DNA from: a virus
Taxonomy: Duplodnaviria > Caudoviricetes
Direction: 5' to 3' (one strand)
Length of the DNA: 64,000 nt
IMG/VR virus record: IMGVR_UViG_3300050021_000713
Coordinates: 1,500-65,499 of that record
The notes beneath the pieces were generated by a model. It was not told the DNA's origin and ran no database searches. It saw only the letters and a list, made by a program, of their open reading frames with translations. The position numbers and the translations under genes are program-made. Below are positions 17,947 through 28,717 of this stretch, in pieces; within the stretch, counting starts at the first letter, position 1; the number at the start of each line of letters is the position of its first letter.

Positions 17947-20652
17947 GTGCTGAAACCGACCTCTGTCCAAGCCAAAGCTCCCGCACGCGCATCAGTTCCG
18001 GCAAAACCGGTTCCGGTTCGATCCGCGGCACCGGTGAAGCCGGCAGCAAAACCAGCGGCGAAGCCTGCAGGCTCGGTGGCTGCACCAGCGAAAGCTGGTA
18101 CCGCGAAGGCGGCTCCGACGCCTGTTAGGCGCCCGACACCGCCGGTATCCGCGTCGGTTGCGACAACTGCAATCGCTGTGCACACGGAGTCCAAGAGCGG
18201 GAAGGTGTTGGTTCCGTTCGACGCCGCTGCGATGGCTCTGCAGAAGGAAATCGACGCGATCGAGCGTACGGTTGGCATCGATACCACGCATCTTGTGCAG
18301 ACCGGGTACGTGCAGAACGCCATCCACACCGGTGTGCTCATGTACGACTTCGTTGTCGGCGGCGGTGTCGCTCCTGGCCGTTTCTCGATCCTGCCTGGTC
18401 GTGAAGGTTCTGGAAAGTCCACGATCATCGACAACCTCGCCGCGGTGTGCTCGTTGCAGGGTGTACCCATCTACTGGTTCGACGCCGAAGCCGCGCTGGA
18501 TCCGAATTACGTCGGCCGAATCTTCGCTCGTTACGGACTCCGGTTCCAGGACATGCTTGGTGTTCGTGACCCGAAAACCGGAAACTGGGTGCTCCCGCCT
18601 CGGATTCGCTACTCCCAGGACAGCATCGGCGAGCACGTGTTCAAGACAATCCACAGCATTTGCAAGATGTTGCCGATTGTACGTCAGCGGCCGCAGGATG
18701 GTGTCTGGTTCAAGTTCCTCGAAGTCAAGGGCAGGCCTGGACGTTGGGTGGAAGACGAACGCGAAGGCAAGCCGCAGTTCCTGTTCCTGATCGACTCCTG
18801 GCCGGCTCTGCTCACCGAGGCCATGGACGAGAACCACGACCGGTCTCCGATGGCGGAACAGGCGCGCATGTTCGCCTCCTACATCCGCTTGATCAAGGCA
18901 CCGGTCTCGCAGCGAAACTGCTTGATGATGTCCGTGAACCAGATCCGGCAGAAGCCTGGTGTTACTCAGGGCTGCCTTCACGGCGACGTCGTGGTTCCTC
19001 TGGTGGACGGCCGATCGTTGACGATGCAAGAGATCGTGGACAGCCAGATCCAAGGCCAGGTTTGGTCCTTGGACGAAACCACCGGGAAGATGGAGCCAAA
19101 GAACATCACGGGCTGGCACGACAACGGTATGGTGGAGAACGCAGAGGACTGGATCACGATCCAAGGCCAGGCCGTGGACACACCGAACGGCGTTGTCGGT
19201 TTCACCGTCACCCCGGACCACGAGGTCAAGATCGGCGCCGGGAAGCGGTGGAAGAAGGCGAAGGCTGTCCGGGTTGGGGACAAGCTGCTGACCAAACGCG
19301 TGGACGTCATCAACGGCACACTCCGGGAATTCATGCTCGGCAAATTCGTCGGTGACTGCGGCCTGTACGCGGATAAGCGCGCAGGTAACGCAGCGTTCAA
19401 ACTCGCGAACGCGGAACAACCGGAGTACTTGGAGTGGACACGATCCAAGCTGGAACCGCACTTCCAGTTCCGCGAGTACAAGCACGCACGAGGAAATCGC
19501 GTCTACGGGACGCAAGCGACAGCTGAGCTTCGAACCTGGTTTGATCGTCTTGAGGGTCGTCGCAGCTTCCGCGCCGTCACCAAGGAGTTCACCGCATTGA
19601 GTCTCGCGGTTTGGTACATGGACGACGGACATCTTGCTCAGAGGTCCACGAATAGCTACAGCGCTGTATTCACGTTCAAGAGGTTTCGTGATGAGAACTC
19701 AGAAGCATCCGCGATCTCGCGGATGTTGGAGCGCTTTGATCTCGAACACACGATGCACAAGGACTGCATCAGTGCCTCTTTGACGGCCGCAGGCACAAAG
19801 CACCTATGTGCTCTTGTGGCTCCTTACATTCCGCCGAGCATGCAGTACAAGCTCATCCCGGAGTATCGCGGTCAGTACCAAGAATTCGAGCTGGATTCGA
19901 CACCAGAAGTGGTCCCTGTGGAAGTTCTGGTTACATCCGTCAATCGCGGCAGCCCTAGGATGTTTCGGTCCAGGCGCAAGTTCGACATCACCGTTGCAGA
20001 CAACCACAACTACATGGTCGGTAACAAGTACAACGGGGTAATAGTCCATAATTCACCCGACTACGAACCGGGAGGGACTGCGCTGCACTACTTCACCGAC
20101 GTGCGGACCCAGATCATGCGCGTGAGCCCGGGTACACTTGGCGTCGGCAAGGGCACGTATTCGGAGGAGCCAGGTCTCGCCGGTGGCGTGGACAAGTACG
20201 TGTACGCGCGGTTGAAGAACACCAAGAACAAATCCTTCACTCCGTTCCGCGAGAGCACGATCCGGATTCGCTTCGAGCACGATGGACAACCAGGCGACGG
20301 CATCTGCCAGACCTGGGACGTGATGCAGTACCTGCTCGCGACCGGACAAGCGACGCCAATTCGCGGCCAAGCACTGGAGATGCATCTCCTTCCTGGAACA
20401 AAGACGTCGCGTCAACAGTCGATCTTCACCGACGGTGAACATATTCCGCGGGCGAAGCTGAAGGAGATCGTCGAGGGGCCAGCAAATCGTCAGGCCTTGT
20501 ACAAGCATTGCTTGCAGCAGATCCGCAACGGATTCGCGTTCGAGATCGAGATCGATTCGGTTAAGAGGTTGATCGCGAATGCTCCCGCACCAGGTTCCGA
20601 GCCCGCGGACGACTTGCTGAACTTCTCCGACGAAAACACGATCGAGGCATGA
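17947..20652 (+). CDS. recA: RecA/UvsX-like recombinase containing an intein
   Basis: Walker A GREGSGKST, FDAEAALD, Walker B LIDSW, NQIRQKPG | SPDYEPGGTALHYFTDVR. Confidence 0.9.
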   Translation: MLKPTSVQAKAPARASVPAKPVPVRSAAPVKPAAKPAAKPAGSVAAPAKAGTAKAAPTPVRRPTPPVSASVATTAIAVHTESKSGKVLVPFDAAAMALQKEIDAIERTVGIDTTHLVQTGYVQNAIHTGVLMYDFVVGGGVAPGRFSILPGREGSGKSTIIDNLAAVCSLQGVPIYWFDAEAALDPNYVGRIFARYGLRFQDMLGVRDPKTGNWVLPPRIRYSQDSIGEHVFKTIHSICKMLPIVRQRPQDGVWFKFLEVKGRPGRWVEDEREGKPQFLFLIDSWPALLTEAMDENHDRSPMAEQARMFASYIRLIKAPVSQRNCLMMSVNQIRQKPGVTQGCLHGDVVVPLVDGRSLTMQEIVDSQIQGQVWSLDETTGKMEPKNITGWHDNGMVENAEDWITIQGQAVDTPNGVVGFTVTPDHEVKIGAGKRWKKAKAVRVGDKLLTKRVDVINGTLREFMLGKFVGDCGLYADKRAGNAAFKLANAEQPEYLEWTRSKLEPHFQFREYKHARGNRVYGTQATAELRTWFDRLEGRRSFRAVTKEFTALSLAVWYMDDGHLAQRSTNSYSAVFTFKRFRDENSEASAISRMLERFDLEHTMHKDCISASLTAAGTKHLCALVAPYIPPSMQYKLIPEYRGQYQEFELDSTPEVVPVEVLVTSVNRGSPRMFRSRRKFDITVADNHNYMVGNKYNGVIVHNSPDYEPGGTALHYFTDVRTQIMRVSPGTLGVGKGTYSEEPGLAGGVDKYVYARLKNTKNKSFTPFRESTIRIRFEHDGQPGDGICQTWDVMQYLLATGQATPIRGQALEMHLLPGTKTSRQQSIFTDGEHIPRAKLKEIVEGPANRQALYKHCLQQIRNGFAFEIEIDSVKRLIANAPAPGSEPADDLLNFSDENTIEA
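18973..20052 (+). mobile_element. intein with LAGLIDADG homing endonuclease (360 aa)
   Basis: Starts CLHGD, block B VTPDH, blocks MLGKFVGDC and LAVWYMDDG, ends VHN followed by Ser. Confidence 0.93.
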
Positions 20653-21803
20653 ACAAGGCGGCCACAACACCGAGCGCGAAAGCGGTGGCTGTGCCAATGG
20701 CGTACGGCCTGTTCCACGGTGCGGACTTCCACACCGGCGCGTTCCGCTACATCCCGGATGCGCTTGCGCGGACGAAGAAGATGTTCAGCGAGGTCAAGCG
20801 AGTTGTGCTTTCCGTGCCGGCGAAGATGCGCATCCTGTGCATCGTCGGTGACGCCTACGACCGCAAGACGATCACCGAGGAGGAACGGAATGCGTTCCTG
20901 GAATTCGTCATCGATCTCGTGCTCAGCGGCGTCCACGTCATCCTCATCAACGGCAACCACGATTTCTACAACGAGTCGTTGACGCTGATCGAGCCGGTGA
21001 AGCAGATGTCTCGATTGGTTGACCACCTGCACGTCCACACCAAGACCCCAGGTGTTACCACGATCGGTGAGATCTCGTTCGGATGTGTGCCTTGCACCCA
21101 GGGCCTGACGACGGACCAGGTCACGGCGTTGGCAACGATGCTGTATAAGCAAGCGCACCGGGACGGCAAGCCACCGCGCGCATTCTACATGCTCGTGCAC
21201 GAGGCCGTCTATGGCGCGGTGAACCACAAACGGACGTGGAAGGCGAAGTCGGACAAGTATCTACGCATTCCGGATCTACCGTTCGTGACAGGTTGGATGC
21301 TCGGCGACATCCACGAGTGCCAGCAGATCCATACCCGGGCATGGTACAGCGGGGCACCGTACCAGGTCAAGTCCGATGAATCCGAGCGCTGCGGGATCCT
21401 GCAGTGGGCGGGATCGCAGACACGCTTCCACTCCCTGAACGTACCTGGGTTCCGCTACACCGCGGACATCACTGTGGCGAAGAAGCTGGCGGCCGAGGGC
21501 CACTACGTGCGTTTCACCGGCAAAGCCTCGGAAGCGGAGCTGAAATCTTTGCCTGCAACGGTGATGTGCGATGGCGACATTGCCGCGATCGAGCTTGACG
21601 TCGACGTCGCGGTGCCGGACCTCAACATAACAAGCATGGGCTCGGTGGATCTAATCTCTCCGCTTCCGGATTTCTTGGCCCGGGACGGGTGCAACGAACG
21701 CCAACAGCATCGTGGTGTCGAGCTCGTGCTTGGAATCAAGAAGATGCTCGCCGCGCGCTCTGACCAAAACCAAACCACGGAGGTCGACGATGAAGAATAC
21801 TGA
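20649..21803 (+). CDS. SbcD/Mre11-like metallophosphoesterase nuclease
   Basis: ADFH, GDAYD, NGNHD, VHE, GDIH, YSGAP. Confidence 0.88.
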   Translation: MNKAATTPSAKAVAVPMAYGLFHGADFHTGAFRYIPDALARTKKMFSEVKRVVLSVPAKMRILCIVGDAYDRKTITEEERNAFLEFVIDLVLSGVHVILINGNHDFYNESLTLIEPVKQMSRLVDHLHVHTKTPGVTTIGEISFGCVPCTQGLTTDQVTALATMLYKQAHRDGKPPRAFYMLVHEAVYGAVNHKRTWKAKSDKYLRIPDLPFVTGWMLGDIHECQQIHTRAWYSGAPYQVKSDESERCGILQWAGSQTRFHSLNVPGFRYTADITVAKKLAAEGHYVRFTGKASEAELKSLPATVMCDGDIAAIELDVDVAVPDLNITSMGSVDLISPLPDFLARDGCNERQQHRGVELVLGIKKMLAARSDQNQTTEVDDEEY

Positions 21804-22413
21804 CATCATCTTGAGCATGGATCCTGGAAAACAGTTCTTTGCCTGGTCGATCTTGGACGGCGCCGGTCATTTGCTTGACACTGGAATGATCGAGAATCCA
21901 ATACAAGAATTCAGGTTCATGTTCTTTCGCCGTCAGATTCTGGCTTACACCAAAGAGATCCAAGATCTTCTGTCTCGACACACGTACTTCGCCATCGCCG
22001 CTGAAAGGTATCAGATCAGGGGTATGGGATCGGTCGGTGAAGTGTGCGAGTTCGTGAACCTGATGCTCGGCATCGTGACCGCGGAGGCGCTCCGGTTGCC
22101 CGCGCCACGGCCACATCTGGACTTCATGCCGGCTGGGGTCTGGAAGAACTGGCTGTCTACGATCATGCTTGGCGACCCCGGCGCGTTGGAGAAGACTCCG
22201 GACGCGTTCGGTTACCCGTTCGTGACCAAGCAGGCGAGCAGCCGCGCGGTGCGCAACGTCATTCCGGTCAAGGAGCACCAGTTCGACGCCATCGGCATCG
22301 GACTGTTCTTTGTTGCCCGGGAGACGAAGAACGAGGATGCCTACGACATGATCGTGAACGCGACCAAGCCGGATCTGGATCGAATCTACCAGGAGCGGTT
22401 GCAGCATGGCTGA
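21790..22413 (+). CDS. RuvC-like Holliday junction resolvase
   Basis: ILSMDPG, AAERY, WK, HQFDAIGIG. Confidence 0.75.
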   Translation: MKNTDIILSMDPGKQFFAWSILDGAGHLLDTGMIENPIQEFRFMFFRRQILAYTKEIQDLLSRHTYFAIAAERYQIRGMGSVGEVCEFVNLMLGIVTAEALRLPAPRPHLDFMPAGVWKNWLSTIMLGDPGALEKTPDAFGYPFVTKQASSRAVRNVIPVKEHQFDAIGIGLFFVARETKNEDAYDMIVNATKPDLDRIYQERLQHG

Positions 22414-23227
22414 AGCAGTTACGAAAGAGGAAGTTCAATGGTTCGTCAAGGACTTCATTGCCTCACCGCCTGCGGTACGTGCCCAGGTTCTGAGCCAGCT
22501 GCGTCGAGACCAGGTTGAAGGAGACTCCGCGTTCTACTGCGAACGCTTGGGTTGCACGATCGCTATTCCTTGTGGACTGAAGGCCTGCGACTTCCATGTC
22601 GCGGACAAGAAGCTTCGGAACTGTAGGCTGTCCGCTCGCGGGAAGGAACGGAATGAGGTAGCGGACATCGCCGCCGCCTTTGGTGTTGACGAAGCCGAAG
22701 CAAAGCAGATGCTCGCTGACGTGTTCATGACCCTGCGTGAGGCATCGTTGCAGGAGGCGATGGACGCCGCGAACGTGAATCGCTACACGCTGATGCCGCA
22801 TACCAACGTGTGCGTCGTCTGCGGCGGCGTAACAGATACACCGTACCAGGTCACCGACGAAGGCTTCATGTACTGCCGCAAGGAGTGCTTTCGGGAGAAG
22901 CCCCCGAACCTTCTGCGCATCGAGTGCTTGTTCCGCGCTGACGTCCGGTATGTTCTGCGTGTGGCGCTGAACACGTTCAAGCAGATTCCCATGATCGCGA
23001 GCGCGCTACGCATTCAGCGCTCGATCTTGTTGCGTCACTACGAATTCTACCTGGGTATAAAACCACACCAGTTTGGCGTTGACGTCGCGGACATCGTGGA
23101 TCTTCTGCGTACGCGTCGGCCGACGACATTCGACGACTTCATCGTGTTCGATCGGAACCAGCTCCTTCAGTACCCGGGATGGAAACGTCTCGAAGACATC
23201 GCACTCGCGCTGGCTCGCACGCTCTAA
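22406..23227 (+). CDS. Cys-rich hypothetical protein, possible DNA-binding regulator
   Basis: Multiple Cys clusters (CVVC...YCRKEC) and HTH-like VADIAAAFGVD. Confidence 0.55.
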   Translation: MAEAVTKEEVQWFVKDFIASPPAVRAQVLSQLRRDQVEGDSAFYCERLGCTIAIPCGLKACDFHVADKKLRNCRLSARGKERNEVADIAAAFGVDEAEAKQMLADVFMTLREASLQEAMDAANVNRYTLMPHTNVCVVCGGVTDTPYQVTDEGFMYCRKECFREKPPNLLRIECLFRADVRYVLRVALNTFKQIPMIASALRIQRSILLRHYEFYLGIKPHQFGVDVADIVDLLRTRRPTTFDDFIVFDRNQLLQYPGWKRLEDIALALARTL

Positions 23228-23294
23228 TTTCGGTGTTGCAAAACACGAGGCATTGACTGTGACGTAGTTCTGCTTTCGGGCAACTCCTAGCAGA

Positions 23295-24296
23295 ATGCCA
23301 CCGAACTACTTCACCGAAGGGTACACCCCGAAGCTCGAGCCGGTTACGCCGATCGAAGCGGTGAATCGGAGATCGCAAGCACACGTCAAGACTACGGTAA
23401 AGAACGCGGTGCTGGACCTGCTCCGTTCGTACTTGGCCGAGGATGGGAAGTACCGGAACCTTACCGAACAGCTGTTTCCAGACGCGCTCAAATTCGTCTT
23501 GGATCCGTTCCAAAAGACTGAAGCTACAGAAGCTGAGAACAAGGTGCACATGCCTGTGTACAAGTTCTCCGCCGACATTCAGTCCTACATGCCTTGTATC
23601 ATTCTCAACGACACTGGCATTCAGTACAAGAGCGCCGGCCTCGGATTCGGCCAAGGTACTGTCCGCCTTGGCCCGAAGCGCATCGGACAGATCATCACCG
23701 TCTTGCGTACCGTCAGCTTGAACATGCTTTTGGCGACGCAGGACCAGACATCGACCGATTCCCTTGTCGACGCCGTATCCCTCATCTTTGGTGATCTCCT
23801 CGGCATCACCAGCGGCATGGCCTTAACCGGAAAAGGTCCGGGCGAACACTGGATCGTGCGTTTTCCGAAAGTCCCTGAGCTTGGCTCGTCTGAGCACACC
23901 CAGGTTGCTGACGATCCGAAGGACATGATCTGGACCTCCATCACGACGCTTCAGGTCGAGTACGAAGACTCGTTCATGCTGGAGTTCGACGAGCCGGAGT
24001 GGGAATACCAAGCTGTCTCGCAGGGCGGAATGCCGGTTCGGACCCTCAATTTTCCAGCGAGCGTACGTGTCGGCCAGGAGGTCACAGGCTCAGCCAGGTT
24101 CGAGAAGACAGGCGACGTGCTTAGCGTCGCCGACCCTCGCGTGCTCATGCTACGGCACGGCACACTTCCTGGCCAGTACTACGCGCGCGGCTTGCGTCCC
24201 GGCACCACCGCAATTCGTGTTGTGGCCGGAAACGTGATGGATGCCGGACCACACGCAAATGTGGTCGAGTCCGTCAACATCGAAGTTCGTTACTGA
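23295..24296 (+). CDS. putative tail completion/terminator protein with C-terminal Ig-like domain
   Basis: Position directly before the sheath; MPCIIL motif; ARGLRPGTTAIRV Ig-like C-terminus. Confidence 0.5.
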   Translation: MPPNYFTEGYTPKLEPVTPIEAVNRRSQAHVKTTVKNAVLDLLRSYLAEDGKYRNLTEQLFPDALKFVLDPFQKTEATEAENKVHMPVYKFSADIQSYMPCIILNDTGIQYKSAGLGFGQGTVRLGPKRIGQIITVLRTVSLNMLLATQDQTSTDSLVDAVSLIFGDLLGITSGMALTGKGPGEHWIVRFPKVPELGSSEHTQVADDPKDMIWTSITTLQVEYEDSFMLEFDEPEWEYQAVSQGGMPVRTLNFPASVRVGQEVTGSARFEKTGDVLSVADPRVLMLRHGTLPGQYYARGLRPGTTAIRVVAGNVMDAGPHANVVESVNIEVRY

Positions 24297-24349
24297 TCCA
24301 AATCATGAAATCAGCAATCCAAGTCAACATATAAACGGAGAAACTCCTG

Positions 24350-27300
24350 ATGGCAACAGACACCCTGACAACGAACCGCGAGTATGTGCTGCCTGGCACG
24401 TACATCGGTGAGGACATCCAACCCGCAAACGTCACACTTGCGCCGGATGCTCGCGTTCCAACCTACCTCGGCAAGGGATCGCAGTACATCCTGGTCAGCA
24501 ACGACACGATCGTGCGTGGTTACGTGAACAACGCACCACTGACCTTCTCGAAGTCCAGTCCCTGGAACGCTGTGCTGCCTACGATCGCAACCGGTGACAC
24601 CGACACCGCGGTTCTGGCGGACTCGACAGGCATCGAAGTATCGAAGGGCCAGTGGTACTTCAGCGACGACCTGAAGTCGATTTACGTCTCGGACTCGGCG
24701 TACAACCCTGCAAGCTCGTACTTGCTCTCCTACCAAGGAAACGATACCAGCCTTCCGGACGCGATTCCGACATCGGATCTGCGCGTGCTGAGCGCCATCG
24801 GTTCCCAACTGGACCAGAGCCAGTACAAGCGCAACACCGACTTCTTCATCGACGTCGCGACCGACGCTCCTGCAGCTTCGGTGGACGACACCGGCGCCGT
24901 GGTCCAGCAGGCCAACCCCACGACTTCATTCTCCGGCATCACCCATACCGGGACTGGAACCGGAACCGTCGCATTGGATGCCTACGCCGAGTACACGCAC
25001 AACTACACGCGTGCCTACACGCTCAAGGTGGTGTCCGTGTCCGGAACGGTTACGACGTTCTCCTGGACCGCGACTCCAGTCAGCGCCGGCAACGAATCCA
25101 CCTTCGCCGTTCCTCTGACACCTTCGATCGATGATCCGACGTTCACCGTGGATTCCACGAGCGAGCAGACCTGGCTGACGACGCTGGAACTCGGTGCTCG
25201 GCTGTCGCTCGGTGGCAGTGGCTACGTCGTCGGTGACACCTACACGTTCACCGGCTACGGCCCGTCTCTGATTGAGAACGACTCCGCGCAGCTGAATACG
25301 AACCAGTACGCGACCGCGACTCCTGTGGTTGGCGCTCTCGACAACACGAACACCGGAAGCTTGATCGTCGACGCCAGCACGTTCACTGGCGTCAAGAACC
25401 TGCTTTTCAAGGCCGAGATCATCGAGGTCGATCCTGGTGCTGTTGATGGCACGCTGCCGGTCGGATCCGTCACGTTCACCGGAGCTCCTGCAGACGGTGG
25501 TGGCGTCACCGTGGACAACGGACGCACCGGTGTTTCCCAGACGGTCAAGACGTTCGAGTTCGACAGCAACGGTGTACAGACCATCGCCGGGTCCACGCTC
25601 GTTACCGAGCCGGTGACCGCGGCCGTACCAGCAACCGGCATCGTGCAGTTCACCGGATCCGCATCGGACACACCGGCTGACGGCGCGACCGTGACTCTTA
25701 CCGACGGTGTTCGTACCGTCGTGTTCGAGTTCGATGCCGACGGTGTCCTCACCAACCCCGGCGCAACCCGGGTGATCCTCAGTTCAACACCAGGATCTCA
25801 GAGCGCGAACACCGCAGCCAACCTGACGACAGCGATCACCAGCTCGACGCTTCGGATCACTCCAACGAACGTGAGCAGTGGAAATGGCGGCGTCGGCAAG
25901 CTGACGCTCGTCAACCAGGTGGCCGGTGTCATCGGCAACGCCTCGATCGCCGTTTCCGGCGTCGGCGTCATCGCTTCCGGCTTCTCAGGCGGTGCAGACG
26001 CCAGTGTCAGCGTGAGCGGGACGGTTACGAATTTCGTGGCCGCCGTCAACGCTTTCGCCGCAAGCTTGAGCATGATCGCCGTCGTCGACGCTGCGGTGTC
26101 GACTCAGGTGAACCTCAAGCACGGTGCTCGGTTTGTACTGAGCGCGCTTCCACTTGATGGTGAAACGCTCACGGTTCTCGTGGGCGGAGTCTCGACCGTG
26201 TTCAAGTTCACTGCAACATCGGTGTTGGCGACGGACATCACCATCGGCGTCACACCGATGGCGACGCTCGCGACGGCCGCCACCGTGATCGCTGGTGTCG
26301 CTTCTGTGCTGACTCTGGCCTCGTCCTCCACGCTGGTTGTCGTGCCGAAGACAGGCCGCAACATCTCGCTGACCTCGGCGATTGGAACAGTGATCCCGTC
26401 TGTGGTCGACGATCCTGCAAGCACAAGCAACGGCAACGTCGCAATCACAGGAACGAACCTCACAAACGTGCAGCTGGCCGGATTCACCGGCGGTGCTGAC
26501 GCAAGTGTCAGCCCAGACCGCGTTACTGTGGCCTGGGGTACCGCTGGTGACGCGTTCACCTCCGGGGTAAGCGTTCTTCAGGACGGGACATCCACCGTTC
26601 TGTACGAGAACGTGGCACTCGGTCTGAGCAAGGCCACAGCAGCCGCAGCCATCGCAACCGTGCACCTGGTCTCGAATCCTGCCGACGCCGATCTCGTCGT
26701 CGTACCGGACGGCATCTTGGTCACACCGGTGACGTTCGAGTTCGACACCGGCTTTCCTGTTGGTGTTGGTGCCGGGCACACCGCTGTTGTCGTAGGTGCT
26801 ACACCTGCGGCTTCGGCGACAAACTTGGCCGCCGCGATCAACAACAGCGCACTGCAGGTCACGGCCGTCGCCATTGGTTCGACGGTCACGTTGACTCTGA
26901 AGAAGAACGGTGCCGGACCCGGAAACGCGTACAACACCCCGGTGACCACGACAAGCTCGGTCATTCAGGTCATCGGTTTCGCAGGTGGCCAGTCGAACTA
27001 CTCCGCAGGTGACACGTTCACCTGGACGGTGAAGGCTCCACGCCGGTTCGTCACCGCTCTGGACGACAGGACGACAACGCTGGTCGTTACCCAGGTCGGC
27101 AGTCTTTCGGATCCAAACACCGTCGGTGTGCTGTACGAGTCCAATACCGCAGAGGGTGGATTCGGAGAGCTGTCCGCGGATACAGCGAACGACGGCTACA
27201 TCTCGCTTCCCGGGCAGATCCGTTTGGCAGTGCGCAACGCCAGCAGGTTCGCCATCGGTGACCGCTTCACGGTCACGCACACGAACAACGGCAAGCTCTA

Positions 27301-28711
27301 CTGGACGCTCAACGCGAAGTCCAACGAGGTGTTCACCGCATCGGACGTGCTCACGGACCGCAACGGATCCGTGACGGGCAAGTACGGCGCTCTGTACATC
27401 AACCTGGCGAACGCACCGATCAGCGGAACCTTGAAGATCCTGCTCGGCGCCGCCGTCTTCACCGCGTACACACAGCTCAGCAACAGCTCGATCATCGTCT
27501 TGAACGTCTCCGACGTTACGGCGCTGGCCTCGGGGCTGACAGTGTCGTACACGTACGAAGGCAACGAGCCGGCGATCGGGACCACCTACTACGTCTCTGG
27601 CCAGTACAAGCGTCCGGATTCCTACTACAACACGCCGTACATCTTCTACGACCTGCGCTCCGCCAAGTCCTTCCTGGCACCGATCACGGCCGATAACGAT
27701 CTCGCGATCGCGGTCGAGCTCGCGTTCGATCAGGCTCAGGCTCCGCAGGCCGTGGCCGTGATCCAGATCAAGGACGCGGATGGTGACGGTTCGTTCTCCA
27801 ACCAGGACATCGACAACGCCCTCTCTGGCGCCAAGGAAGTCTACTACGAGACGGACATCGTTCCACTTCGTCTGCAGAAGTACCTGTCGAAGTTCTTGGC
27901 GTTCAACGTGACCGCAGCGGATCCGTTCGAGAAACGCGAGCACATGTTCTACTACGGCGCCGCAGTCGGGACTCCGATCGGGAGCTCGAGCGTGAGCGGC
28001 AGCGTCATCTACACCGCGAAGACGACACTCCAGGTGTTCGGAACCTCCTACGCGCACGGAAGCCGGGTTATGACCGCTCCGCGCATGGCGAAGAAGACGA
28101 TCACCCTGAGCGACAACACCAGCGTGACCGTGGTACTGGACGGCTCGTTCGTCGCCGCGGCTACCGCCGCTTGCGTCGCCGGCATGCCGACGTACTCGCA
28201 GACGTTGCTCAAGACCAAGCTCCTGGGATTCGACTACGTGGAGACGTTCGGCGCCTCCACGAACATCGCTCTGGGTGCTGCGAACATCATCTTCTTCAGC
28301 GACGCCGGCTCCGGCGTCTACGTGTTCGAGGAAGATCAGACCGTCGACAACTACACACCAGAGTTCCATGAGATTCTGCCGATGCGGACCAAGCAGGATG
28401 TCACGCGCACCGTTCGTCGCGAGATGGACGCGAGCGTCATCGGCATGGTCCCGAACACCAAGGGCGACGCGAAGGCGACCGTGGCGGCTCGGCTCATGCA
28501 GATCCTCATCACCTTGGTCAACAACGGTGTCACAGCACCGTACCAGGACGACTCGGGTAACGTCAGGCAGATCAACTCCAGCGACGTTGAAGTCTTCGCC
28601 GACTCCGCCGGGGATTACACGAAGTTCAACTTCATCTACGGGTTCTACACCAGGTTCGCGATCAAGAGGCTCTACGGTCTCTACGTCACGAACAAGAGTG
28701 TCGCTGGCTGA
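24350..28711 (+). CDS. tail sheath protein (very large, with inserted repeat domains)
   Basis: N-terminal YVLPGTYIGE; C-terminal sheath core (LDGSFVAAATAA, LLGFD, YTRFAIKRLY); precedes the tube gene. Confidence 0.85.
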   Translation: MATDTLTTNREYVLPGTYIGEDIQPANVTLAPDARVPTYLGKGSQYILVSNDTIVRGYVNNAPLTFSKSSPWNAVLPTIATGDTDTAVLADSTGIEVSKGQWYFSDDLKSIYVSDSAYNPASSYLLSYQGNDTSLPDAIPTSDLRVLSAIGSQLDQSQYKRNTDFFIDVATDAPAASVDDTGAVVQQANPTTSFSGITHTGTGTGTVALDAYAEYTHNYTRAYTLKVVSVSGTVTTFSWTATPVSAGNESTFAVPLTPSIDDPTFTVDSTSEQTWLTTLELGARLSLGGSGYVVGDTYTFTGYGPSLIENDSAQLNTNQYATATPVVGALDNTNTGSLIVDASTFTGVKNLLFKAEIIEVDPGAVDGTLPVGSVTFTGAPADGGGVTVDNGRTGVSQTVKTFEFDSNGVQTIAGSTLVTEPVTAAVPATGIVQFTGSASDTPADGATVTLTDGVRTVVFEFDADGVLTNPGATRVILSSTPGSQSANTAANLTTAITSSTLRITPTNVSSGNGGVGKLTLVNQVAGVIGNASIAVSGVGVIASGFSGGADASVSVSGTVTNFVAAVNAFAASLSMIAVVDAAVSTQVNLKHGARFVLSALPLDGETLTVLVGGVSTVFKFTATSVLATDITIGVTPMATLATAATVIAGVASVLTLASSSTLVVVPKTGRNISLTSAIGTVIPSVVDDPASTSNGNVAITGTNLTNVQLAGFTGGADASVSPDRVTVAWGTAGDAFTSGVSVLQDGTSTVLYENVALGLSKATAAAAIATVHLVSNPADADLVVVPDGILVTPVTFEFDTGFPVGVGAGHTAVVVGATPAASATNLAAAINNSALQVTAVAIGSTVTLTLKKNGAGPGNAYNTPVTTTSSVIQVIGFAGGQSNYSAGDTFTWTVKAPRRFVTALDDRTTTLVVTQVGSLSDPNTVGVLYESNTAEGGFGELSADTANDGYISLPGQIRLAVRNASRFAIGDRFTVTHTNNGKLYWTLNAKSNEVFTASDVLTDRNGSVTGKYGALYINLANAPISGTLKILLGAAVFTAYTQLSNSSIIVLNVSDVTALASGLTVSYTYEGNEPAIGTTYYVSGQYKRPDSYYNTPYIFYDLRSAKSFLAPITADNDLAIAVELAFDQAQAPQAVAVIQIKDADGDGSFSNQDIDNALSGAKEVYYETDIVPLRLQKYLSKFLAFNVTAADPFEKREHMFYYGAAVGTPIGSSSVSGSVIYTAKTTLQVFGTSYAHGSRVMTAPRMAKKTITLSDNTSVTVVLDGSFVAAATAACVAGMPTYSQTLLKTKLLGFDYVETFGASTNIALGAANIIFFSDAGSGVYVFEEDQTVDNYTPEFHEILPMRTKQDVTRTVRREMDASVIGMVPNTKGDAKATVAARLMQILITLVNNGVTAPYQDDSGNVRQINSSDVEVFADSAGDYTKFNFIYGFYTRFAIKRLYGLYVTNKSVAG

Positions 28712-28717
28712 GGCTGA

